From: an uncultured Candidatus Saccharibacteria bacterium
GTDB taxonomy: Bacteria; Patescibacteriota; Minisyncoccia; Phycocordibacterales; JACOZG01
DNA: 64,000 nt
NCBI GenBank assembly: GCA_964591715.1
Contig: CAZQDR010000004.1
Coordinates: 375 to 64,374 of the forward strand
Direction: 5' to 3'
Both the position numbers and the translations under genes were made by a program. Position 1 is the first letter of the stretch, and every line of letters starts with the position of its first letter. The notes under the pieces were generated by a model that was not told the DNA's origin, ran no database searches, and worked only from the letters and a program-made list of their open reading frames with translations. Positions 1 to 7,538 of the stretch are shown piece after piece.

Positions 1-1559
1 AGTCGACCAAGCTTGATGACATGCGGATTGTCATCGATCTCAAAAACGGCGCTTTCCCCCAAAAGATTTTAAACGCGCTTTATAAAAATACCGAGCTGGA
101 GACGATGTTCCACTACAACATGCTGGCGCTAGTGGACGGCGTGCCCAAACTGTTGTCGCTGAAGGGGATTATTGAGGAGTTTATCAGTCACCGCCAAGTG
201 ATTGTGACTCGTCGCGCCAAGTTTGAACTAGCTAAAGCGGAGGATCGCGAGCATATCTTACTGGGTTTGAAGAAGGCGATCGATATTATTGATCAAATCA
301 TCAGCACGATTCGTAAGTCGGCCGACACCGAGGAGGCGCACAAAAATTTGATGAGTAAGTTTAAGTTTACTGATCGTCAATCAACCGCCATTTTGGAAAT
401 GCGTCTGCAAAAGCTGGCTGGTCTCGAAATCAAAAAAGTCATGGACGAATTGGCCGAGAAACAGCAGCTAATTAAAGAACTAAAAGCGCTCTTGGCTGAC
501 TCGAAGAAGGTCTTGAAGGTGGTCCGCGATGAGTTTGAGGAAATCAAAAACAAATATGGCCGCGATCGCCGCACTAAGGTAATCAAATCCGGTGCCAAAG
601 AAATAAATACCGAAGATTTAATCCCCGAGAAGGAGAGTATGTTGGTGGTGACCGCTGGCGGCTATGTTAAGCGCACCGACCCGACCGAATATCGCTCCCA
701 GCGTCGTGGCGGTGTGGGGGTGGTTGATTTAAATATTAAAGAAGAGGATTTTGTGACTATTTTCCTCTCGGCCAATACGCACAATGACTTGTTGTTCTTT
801 ACTAACAAGGGTAAGGCCTATCAAATTAAAATGTATGATGTGCCGGAGGGTAAGCGGGCAACGCGCGGCAAATCTATTATGAACTTCTTGCCGCTCTCGG
901 ATGAGGAGAATGTGACCTCAGTGCTCGCTGTGCCCAAGGAGGTCAAAGGCAAAGCCGCAGCGCTAATGATGGTAACGCGTCAGGGTGTGGCCAAGAAGGT
1001 GGCGATTGGCAGCTTTGCCGATGTTCGCCGCTCGGGCATTATTGCCATCAAGCTTGGCGCTGGTGACGCCTTGCTCTCGGCCCAGCTGGTGGAGAAGGGT
1101 GATGATTTGATTATTGCCTCCAAACTTGGTCAATCAATCCGCTTTAAAGAGTCGGACATTCGCGAGATGGGTCGCGGTGCCGCTGGCGTGCGAGCCATGA
1201 AGTTGGCCAAGGCGGACGAGGTAATGGGCGCGAGCGTCATTAAGCCCGCCAACAAAGTTAGTACCTATTTAATTATGACCGAACACGGTTACGGCAAGAT
1301 GACCAAACTTTCTGAATACAAAACGCAAAAGCGTGGCGGCTCTGGTATTAAGACCGCTAAAATCACATCCAAGACCGGCAAATTAATTGACGGCAAAGTT
1401 ATCTATGAAGACGAATCAGAGATTGTAGCCATGTCTAAGATGGGACAAGTGATTCGCACTAAACTCGACGAGATCCCGGCGCTCGGTCGCCAAACTCAAG
1501 GCGTGCGCATTATGCGGTTGCGTGACGGTGATTCGCTCGCTTCGTTAACATTTCTATAA
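1..1559 (+). CDS. gyrA: DNA gyrase subunit A, C-terminal portion (5' end outside window)
   Basis: The frame is open from the window start. The translation matches the GyrA C-terminal beta-pinwheel region, with repeated G-rich blade motifs such as 'QRRGGVGV', 'ATRGKSIM', 'MGRGAAGVRAM' and 'TQKRGGSGI'. Confidence 0.85.
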   Translation, partial: STKLDDMRIVIDLKNGAFPQKILNALYKNTELETMFHYNMLALVDGVPKLLSLKGIIEEFISHRQVIVTRRAKFELAKAEDREHILLGLKKAIDIIDQIISTIRKSADTEEAHKNLMSKFKFTDRQSTAILEMRLQKLAGLEIKKVMDELAEKQQLIKELKALLADSKKVLKVVRDEFEEIKNKYGRDRRTKVIKSGAKEINTEDLIPEKESMLVVTAGGYVKRTDPTEYRSQRRGGVGVVDLNIKEEDFVTIFLSANTHNDLLFFTNKGKAYQIKMYDVPEGKRATRGKSIMNFLPLSDEENVTSVLAVPKEVKGKAAALMMVTRQGVAKKVAIGSFADVRRSGIIAIKLGAGDALLSAQLVEKGDDLIIASKLGQSIRFKESDIREMGRGAAGVRAMKLAKADEVMGASVIKPANKVSTYLIMTEHGYGKMTKLSEYKTQKRGGSGIKTAKITSKTGKLIDGKVIYEDESEIVAMSKMGQVIRTKLDEIPALGRQTQGVRIMRLRDGDSLASLTFL

Positions 1560-1591
1560 ACATTGCTTTAGAGGTGTAGTATACTTAAAGC

Positions 1592-2098
1592 ATGTTTGCT
1601 GATCCGGAAAAAATAGTTCCGTACCTAGGTTTAGTTGATGGCACATGCGTGGCGGACTTTGGTGCCGGCAGCGGTCATTACTCGTTAGCGATGGCCAAGC
1701 AGGTTGGTGATCGCGGCAAAATTTACGCGATTGATGTGCAGAAGGAACTTTTGGATCGTTTGGCTACGGAGGCGCGTCGAGAGCGACTGCGTAATATTCA
1801 TATCGTCTGGGGCAATATCGAGAAGACGGGTGGCTCCAAGTTGGCTGACGCGGTGGTTGACTGTGTGCTGATTGCCAATGTCTTGCTTTTGACGAACGCT
1901 AAGTACTCAGTGGCACTTGAGGCCAAGCGCTTGCTCCGCCCTGGCGGCAAGGTGGCGGTGATTGATTGGGTTAACGCCCCGGCCGGCGGGTTGACCCCCG
2001 ACGAGGCCAAGCAAATTTTCGCGCAAGCCGGTTTTACCTTTTTAAACGACTTTCCGGCCGGGGCGCAACATTTCGGTCTTTTGTTTCAAAAAAGCTAA
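1592..2098 (+). CDS. Class I SAM-dependent methyltransferase
   Basis: Glycine-rich SAM-binding motif 'VADFGAGSGHYSL', an acidic residue at the end of beta2 ('AIDVQ') and 'LRPGGKVAVIDW', typical of the Rossmann-fold MTase core. Confidence 0.6.
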   Translation: MFADPEKIVPYLGLVDGTCVADFGAGSGHYSLAMAKQVGDRGKIYAIDVQKELLDRLATEARRERLRNIHIVWGNIEKTGGSKLADAVVDCVLIANVLLLTNAKYSVALEAKRLLRPGGKVAVIDWVNAPAGGLTPDEAKQIFAQAGFTFLNDFPAGAQHFGLLFQKS

Positions 2099-2120
2099 TG
2101 GGTTACAATAAACGTATTAT

Positions 2121-3413
2121 ATGAGCACGTTCCAACTTACTCTCATTGGCGTTTTTATTTTTGCGCTAATCGTCGGAGTCTTGGTTTTTGCGGGCATCTT
2201 ACCTGGCTTCCGCGCGCCCGCTGGCGGTACGGGTGGATTAGTCACCTTGTGGGGGACGCTTCCCCAGAACGCGGCCGACTTGGCCCTTAGTCAATTTAAA
2301 AAGGATCATGAGGGGGAGTTTACACTTAACTACGTGGCCAAGGATGCCCGTTCGTTTGAGAGTGAGTTTGTAGAGGCTCTCGCTTCAGGCAATGGACCAG
2401 ATTTGGTGCTGATGCCAAACGAATTAGTAAACAAGCACACTAACAAGCTACGCCTTATTCCGTTTAGCTCCTACAGCGCCACCGACTTCCAGAATAATTT
2501 TATTGACCAAGGACGGTTGTACCTTACGAGTGAGGGCGCTTGGGCCTTGCCGGCGTTGGTTGACCCGCTGGTGATGTATGTTAACCGCGATTTGTTGATT
2601 AGCGCCCGCATTCCTCAGGTGCCTAAGACTTGGACGGAACTCCAGACAGCGGTTAAGAGTTTGTCGGTAGCCGATAATCAAAGCACGCTCAGTCAGTCGG
2701 CGATTGCTCTGGGAACTTTCAAAAATATTACTCACGCTAAAGATATTTTAAGTTTATTAATAATGCAGGCCGGTAACCCAATTGTGACCACCGGTAATAA
2801 TGGTTACGAATCAACCCTTAAAGACTCCTTGGGAAATGTTAAATCACCAGCCGAGGAAGCGCTCGACTTTTTTGGTCGCTTTGTTGATCCAACTAGCGCT
2901 GTCTACTCCTGGAACAGTGCTCAGCCCGAGGCACGGAGCGCCTTCACTCGCGGCACACTGGCCTTTTATCTCGGCTATGCCAGCGAGTTGTCCCGCTTAA
3001 AGCAGCAAAACCCGCAGTTAAATATTGATGTTGCCTTAGTGCCCCAACTGCCGGGTCGCCGCCAACTAACAATGGGTCAGCTCTCGGGTATCTCGTTGGT
3101 TAAAACTTCGCGTAATAGCGCCACCGCCTTCCAAGTGATGGCGCTCCTGACTAGTCGGAGCGCGGCCGAGGCTTTGGCTACCGTGGCCGAGTTGCCCCCC
3201 GCCCGCCGCGATCTCTTGAGACCGGTCGCCAGCGATGCCGTTAAAACCGTCTTTAACGAAGCGGCCATTCTTGCGGCGGGCTGGCCCGATCCCGACCCAC
3301 TGGCGACCGAGGCCATCTTTCGTACCATGGTTGAGGCAATCCAGGTGCGGGGAGTGATCCCAAGCGTGGCGATAATCGAGGCTGATATCCAATTAGATTT
3401 ATTGTTTAGATGA
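2121..3413 (+). CDS. Secreted/membrane-anchored solute-binding-protein-like protein (SBP family 1-like)
   Basis: N-terminal TM/signal helix and a ~400 aa soluble domain whose length and composition fit extracellular solute-binding proteins. The assignment is tentative. Confidence 0.4.
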   Translation: MSTFQLTLIGVFIFALIVGVLVFAGILPGFRAPAGGTGGLVTLWGTLPQNAADLALSQFKKDHEGEFTLNYVAKDARSFESEFVEALASGNGPDLVLMPNELVNKHTNKLRLIPFSSYSATDFQNNFIDQGRLYLTSEGAWALPALVDPLVMYVNRDLLISARIPQVPKTWTELQTAVKSLSVADNQSTLSQSAIALGTFKNITHAKDILSLLIMQAGNPIVTTGNNGYESTLKDSLGNVKSPAEEALDFFGRFVDPTSAVYSWNSAQPEARSAFTRGTLAFYLGYASELSRLKQQNPQLNIDVALVPQLPGRRQLTMGQLSGISLVKTSRNSATAFQVMALLTSRSAAEALATVAELPPARRDLLRPVASDAVKTVFNEAAILAAGWPDPDPLATEAIFRTMVEAIQVRGVIPSVAIIEADIQLDLLFR

Positions 3414-3784
3414 AAAAACTTCGCTTCATTTTGATATTTGTGGTCATGTTTGGTGTTAGCTTGGCACCAGCCTCGGCTGCCGGCCTGGTGCCCGATTGCG
3501 ACTTCTTTGGCTGTGATTTGAGTTACGTGCTGGGTCCAGGTGGATTGGTTGATCGCTTGTTGCAGTGGATGGTTCTCATCTCGGTTCCCTTAACCTCACT
3601 GGTTATCGCTTATTCAGGTATTGAGATGGTGCTATCAGCCGATAATCCAGGCAAGCGGGAGAGTGCCAAGAAAATGCTCAAGACGGCGGCTTGGGGTTTA
3701 GTGCTGGTGTTGGCGTCTTATGTTATCGTTAAGACGATTCTCGACTTCTTCGTTGTATCTCCTTATAATCCTGGGTTAAAATAA
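3410..3784 (+). CDS. Small secreted two-TM protein, VirB2/TrbC-like (T4SS-pilin-like) paralog 1
   Basis: Signal peptide (MKKLRFILIFVVMFGVSLAPASA) followed by two hydrophobic helices separated by the charged loop 'SADNPGKRESAKK'. First of five tandem paralogs. Confidence 0.5.
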   Translation: MKKLRFILIFVVMFGVSLAPASAAGLVPDCDFFGCDLSYVLGPGGLVDRLLQWMVLISVPLTSLVIAYSGIEMVLSADNPGKRESAKKMLKTAAWGLVLVLASYVIVKTILDFFVVSPYNPGLK

Positions 3785-3788
3785 ATAT

Positions 3789-4142
3789 ATGAATTTTATT
3801 AACACTGTTCTTGCGCAACAATCAGGATCAAATCCTCCCGGCGGCGGTCAGGGAGGTTCTAACCCACCAGCTGGATCCGGCATTGGCAATCCGCTTGGCT
3901 CGATTGATACAATCCAAAAGTTAATTATCAAAATTTTAGATCTGGTAGTACAGATTGGCTTACCCGTTATCGTGCTCATGATCATGTATGCCGGTTTTAA
4001 ATACGTCATTGCTCGGGGCGACCCGGGTAAAATCAAAGAGGCCCATCAGGCTTTGCTTTGGACCGTCATCGGTGCCGCAGTTGTTTTGGGTGCCAGTGTC
4101 ATCTCTTACGCCATCCAAAGTACCGTCACCAGCTTAAAATAA
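3789..4142 (+). CDS. VirB2/TrbC-like small membrane protein paralog 2
   Basis: Gly/Pro-rich N-terminal region followed by a two-helix C-terminal module, with a 'RGDPGKIKEAHQALLWTVIGAAVVLGA' loop homologous to paralog 1. Confidence 0.5.
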   Translation: MNFINTVLAQQSGSNPPGGGQGGSNPPAGSGIGNPLGSIDTIQKLIIKILDLVVQIGLPVIVLMIMYAGFKYVIARGDPGKIKEAHQALLWTVIGAAVVLGASVISYAIQSTVTSLK

Positions 4143-4145
4143 AAT

Positions 4146-4595
4146 ATGAATAAATACATTATTATTGCAGTCTTGTTGGTAAACTTCTTTCTCTTACCGC
4201 TAACTTATGCCGCTGGTCCTACTGGTGGACCAGAGGCTCCGGCCGGCACCCCCGCGGCCACTAATTACGGTCAGGTGACCACTAGTTCGGCGGGCAGTTG
4301 CGGCAATATTAAAGATTTTGCCAGTTTTGTTAACTGTATCCGCGACGGAATTATTCAGCCACTTATCTACTTATTGTTCGCCCTGGCTATTGTCTACTTT
4401 TTGTATGGGGTGTTACAATATATCAGGAAAGGTGGTGACGAGGATAGTCAACGCGAGGCTCGCAGTATGATGATCTTCGGCATTATTGCCATTGCAGTAA
4501 TGGTGTCGGTGTGGGGCTTGGTTAACTTTTTAACCAACAGTTTTAAGTTAGACAATGCGTCGCCCATTGTTCCCAAAATTAGTTTATTAAAATAA
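4146..4595 (+). CDS. VirB2/TrbC-like small membrane protein paralog 3
   Basis: Signal peptide, variable region, then the conserved C-terminal module 'LYGVLQYIRKGGDEDSQREARSMMIFGIIAIAVMVSVWGLVNFL'. Confidence 0.5.
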   Translation: MNKYIIIAVLLVNFFLLPLTYAAGPTGGPEAPAGTPAATNYGQVTTSSAGSCGNIKDFASFVNCIRDGIIQPLIYLLFALAIVYFLYGVLQYIRKGGDEDSQREARSMMIFGIIAIAVMVSVWGLVNFLTNSFKLDNASPIVPKISLLK

Positions 4596-4604
4596 GTAGT
4601 TTAT

Positions 4605-4979
4605 ATGATTAAAACAATTAAAAGAGTTGTGCCAGTTACGCTAAGTTTTTTACCTCTCTTGGCTGCCGCTCAGCAGGTGACCAATTTTAGTGATGTTGAT
4701 AGTTCCTTCCAGTCCATAATTGATATTATTAACGTTTACATTATCCCGATTTTGGTTGGTATTGCGGTAGTTTACTTTATGTTGGGAGTGTTGAAGTATG
4801 TTCGAGCCGGGGGTGATGAGACTGCTCGAACGGAAGGACGACACATGATGATCTTCGGCATTATTGCCATTGCGGTTATGGTCTCAATCTGGGGCTTAGT
4901 TAACTTCTTGCGAAATTCCTTTGGTTTGTCTGGGGACCAGACATTACAGGGCGGATTGCCTCAAGTGCCAAGACAATAA
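4605..4979 (+). CDS. VirB2/TrbC-like small membrane protein paralog 4
   Basis: Signal peptide plus the C-terminal module 'MLGVLKYVRAGGDETARTEGRHMMIFGIIAIAVMVSIWGLVNFL', near-identical to paralog 3 at the nucleotide level. Confidence 0.5.
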   Translation: MIKTIKRVVPVTLSFLPLLAAAQQVTNFSDVDSSFQSIIDIINVYIIPILVGIAVVYFMLGVLKYVRAGGDETARTEGRHMMIFGIIAIAVMVSIWGLVNFLRNSFGLSGDQTLQGGLPQVPRQ

Positions 4980-4989
4980 ACTTACCTCT

Positions 4990-5268
4990 GTGTTTAAGTT
5001 TTTTACTGTTGCTGAAGCCGCAACCTCGATTCCACTGCTCGACAAGATTAAAACGAACATTCTTGATCCGTTGGTGTTGTTGATGTTTGCGGTGGCGCTA
5101 CTCGTCTTTCTCTTCGGTGTCTTCCAGATGGTGAGAGGTCAGGGGAGTGGTGAGGCCCGCGAAACGGGTGGACGGCACATTTTGTGGGGAACAGTCGGCA
5201 TGGCGATTATGGTCTCGGTCTACGGCATTCTCCATGTAGTCTGTAACACCTTCAATATCTGCAGCTAG
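4990..5268 (+). CDS. Truncated paralog 5 of the same family (no signal peptide; start uncertain, GTG at 4990 or ATG at 5083)
   Basis: Carries only the conserved C-terminal two-helix module 'LFGVFQMVRGQGSGEARETGGRHILWGTVGMAIMVSVYGIL'. The track ORF at 4921 overlaps the end of paralog 4. Confidence 0.3.
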   Translation: MFKFFTVAEAATSIPLLDKIKTNILDPLVLLMFAVALLVFLFGVFQMVRGQGSGEARETGGRHILWGTVGMAIMVSVYGILHVVCNTFNICS

Positions 5269-5333
5269 AGTAAAAATTGAGCAAAAAAAAGAGGCGAGTA
5301 CCGATTGGTACGCGCCTTTTGGGTTGGGGGCGA

Positions 5334-6050
5334 CTAGCGATGGTCTCGCCAGTACGCCGCTATTCGTTCCTGACTCCAGGGAGTCCAGGTAACAGTTACT
5401 GTCGCCGGTTTCGTTTCAATTTCGTTAGTCCGAAACCGGCAGGGCCCGACGTCCGCGACTGGCGCTACGCCAATGTTGGAACGGTTCTTCGGCCAGATCG
5501 TGTACATCTGACCGCTGGGCGTGATCTTGTCGACCGCGCCCGTGACCTGAATGTCCCAGTCACAGGCTGGTGGGATCTCGATCGCTTCGGTCGAGAATTC
5601 TCCCAGCGGCGCCACCAAGGTTCGCTTTTGCTCGGCGCTACCACTAGTGGTTACTGTCGCTCGGGCAATCGTCGGCGCCGTCAGCCAATCCCGCAGTGTG
5701 GGATAGCTGAACAAGAATAGACCGACAATGACCAGGCCCCAAATGTTCCGTTGAATGGTGGCTGAGCCATACTTGGCAACAACCAAGATGATTATGGCTA
5801 CGGCCAGAAACATCAGGACGGTTGTGCTGGGGAGCCACGAGTGATAGGTCGTCCAGCCACCCAGACTTAGACTGGGTTTGCCAAACGGCCAGAGCCAAAT
5901 TGCCAGCGCAATCACCACCACCGAGGCCGCGATTCCGCCACCCCACTTCATTGCCCGACGATTGACTCCCGCCTTCGACAGGATGCCTAGGAAAACGACT
6001 AGCCCTAAGACTCCCAACAAAGCCGCAATTACCTGAAGTAGCTCACTCAT
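5334..6050 (-). CDS. Hypothetical polytopic membrane protein
   Basis: 238 aa with several N-terminal TM helices and a C-terminal soluble domain. No recognisable family. Confidence 0.45.
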   Translation of the reverse strand: MSELLQVIAALLGVLGLVVFLGILSKAGVNRRAMKWGGGIAASVVVIALAIWLWPFGKPSLSLGGWTTYHSWLPSTTVLMFLAVAIIILVVAKYGSATIQRNIWGLVIVGLFLFSYPTLRDWLTAPTIARATVTTSGSAEQKRTLVAPLGEFSTEAIEIPPACDWDIQVTGAVDKITPSGQMYTIWPKNRSNIGVAPVADVGPCRFRTNEIETKPATVTVTWTPWSQERIAAYWRDHR

Positions 6051-6100
6051 TAATATCCCCTTATTCTTGAACGTGATTTAAAGTCCAGGTTAACGCTACT

Positions 6101-6135
6101 TGACAGTATAGCATATAATATGCTATTGTCAATAC
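6101..6135. promoter_or_regulatory. 35-bp imperfect palindrome (TTGACAGTATAGCATAT/ATATGCTATTGTCAA) overlapping -35/-10-like hexamers in the divergent intergenic region. A third half-site TTGACAGCATA lies at 6165-6175.
   Basis: Read directly from the sequence. Inverted repeat with a TTGACAGyATA half-site present three times between the divergently oriented genes 5334-6050 (-) and 6183-7373 (+). Confidence 0.4.
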
Positions 6136-6182
6136 CAGCAACGTTAACTGTGTCTATTGGCCTTTGACAGCATACAAGGAGC

Positions 6183-7373
6183 ATGAAAATGCTAAGCGGA
6201 ATCGCGTTGATCGTTCTGGCCTTTGGTTTGTTGGTGGTTGGTCTGTATTACGCGGCCAAACTTAAGACCCACGTCACGAATGTGCGGACGGGGAGAATGG
6301 AGCTAGTGGTTGCAGGAGAAACGCTCGTAAAAGTGCTGAGCAATCTGCCAGGGCACCACGCCAAAAGACAGACCGATGGTACCTGGAAGATCGTCCCCAA
6401 TATTGTAGATGGGGAAGGGAATGTGATTGAGGATGGTCATAGAGCCGGACCCTTAGGTTATCTGGAGCGAAAGTGGGGTATTTACTGGGTTAGCTTGTGG
6501 TACCCCTTGCGTCAGGTTCTGAAGTTCAATCTTCCCTTTGCCGACCGCTTGGTCAGCGAATCGAAGTTGAATGCAGACTACAAAGTCAAAGATCGGATTG
6601 AGCACGTAGTTTCAAAACCAGTTGAAGACTTGCTGTGGCAATTTCCTCACCCGGTGTTTGTGCCAGAAGTAGAGTTGGGGGAGGACGGAGCCAAGGCTGA
6701 TTTTGTGGTCAATGCAATCTTGCAGATTGAGGATCCGGGACAAGCGGTGCTTGTCCATGACGCAAAGTTCTTCCTGACCATTAACCAGGTTATCCAGGGG
6801 GTGGTGGGAGACTTTGGCACCAAGCTCACTTACCAGAAGTTGCGTGCGACCCGCAAAGGGTTGGGTAAAAACAACCAACCGTCGACGGATCCCACTCTCG
6901 CCAGTATTGCTCAGCTAGCGATCGAAGCAAACGATCAGCCATCACCTGACGATGAATCACGGAGCGTACGCGAAGTAACTGGCGTTAAGATCATTAACGC
7001 TTGGGTGGTTGACTTCAATCTGACGGGCGCTAGTCTGGAACTCCAAAATGCCGCACAGCAAATGGAGATCCAGAAAAATCTGGCAGCGGCGGCGAAAGAG
7101 CGCGGCAAAGGTGCGGCGGATGAAATTAATGCCAAGGCAAAAGCCGAAGCAGATCGAATCGATATCATTGCCGAAGCCATGAGAAAAAATGGCGCCAGCG
7201 GTGATGCTATCGCAGCGGTGATTGGGACCATTCTTCGCACTGAAAACATCGGTAAGATGACTGGTCTCAGTACCTACATGGAAGGTGGAGGAACGGGGAT
7301 GGTGGCGGTTACGTCAACACCTCGGACGACTCCGCCTCCGGTCGTACCTCCGGCCCCGCCCAGCAATCCTTGA
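6183..7373 (+). CDS. SPFH/band-7-like (flotillin/HflK-like) membrane protein
   Basis: N-terminal TM helix and a C-terminal Ala/Glu/Lys-rich coiled coil 'AAAAKERGKGAADEINAKAKAEADRIDIIAEA', typical of SPFH C-termini. The family call is moderate. Confidence 0.45.
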   Translation: MKMLSGIALIVLAFGLLVVGLYYAAKLKTHVTNVRTGRMELVVAGETLVKVLSNLPGHHAKRQTDGTWKIVPNIVDGEGNVIEDGHRAGPLGYLERKWGIYWVSLWYPLRQVLKFNLPFADRLVSESKLNADYKVKDRIEHVVSKPVEDLLWQFPHPVFVPEVELGEDGAKADFVVNAILQIEDPGQAVLVHDAKFFLTINQVIQGVVGDFGTKLTYQKLRATRKGLGKNNQPSTDPTLASIAQLAIEANDQPSPDDESRSVREVTGVKIINAWVVDFNLTGASLELQNAAQQMEIQKNLAAAAKERGKGAADEINAKAKAEADRIDIIAEAMRKNGASGDAIAAVIGTILRTENIGKMTGLSTYMEGGGTGMVAVTSTPRTTPPPVVPPAPPSNP

Positions 7374-7407
7374 AGTGTTTACGGCCTTCGAGCCACTAAA
7401 CACCCAG

Positions 7408-7438
7408 CCAGCGGAAGCGATTCCGCTGGTTTTTTTTG
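7408..7438 (+). terminator. Rho-independent terminator
   Basis: Perfect 9-bp stem CCAGCGGAA/TTCCGCTGG with GCGA loop followed by T8. Confidence 0.7.
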
Positions 7439-7452
7439 TGCCTAAATTACTA

Positions 7453-7481
7453 TTGACAAATAGTCAAAAGACTGTATTATA
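7453..7481 (+). promoter_or_regulatory. Sigma70-like promoter (TTGACA, 17 bp, TGtATTATA extended -10)
   Basis: Consensus -35 TTGACA at 7453-7458 and extended -10 TGTATTAT at 7473-7480, about 60 bp upstream of the 7539 start. Confidence 0.5.
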
Positions 7482-7538
7482 AACTACGGACTGAACCTAC
7501 TAACTCCTATAAACTTAAAGTAGAAAGGGGGCCAAATC

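Noticed and set aside
377-598. Minus-strand 73-aa ORF inside gyrA
   Set aside because: Fully embedded antisense in a well-supported conserved gene. No RBS. Low-complexity translation.
5277-5720. Plus-strand 147-aa ORF overlapping the 5334-6050 membrane-protein gene
   Set aside because: The Arg/Gly/Pro-rich translation is typical of an out-of-frame GC-rich artefact. The minus-strand ORF has a coherent TM architecture.
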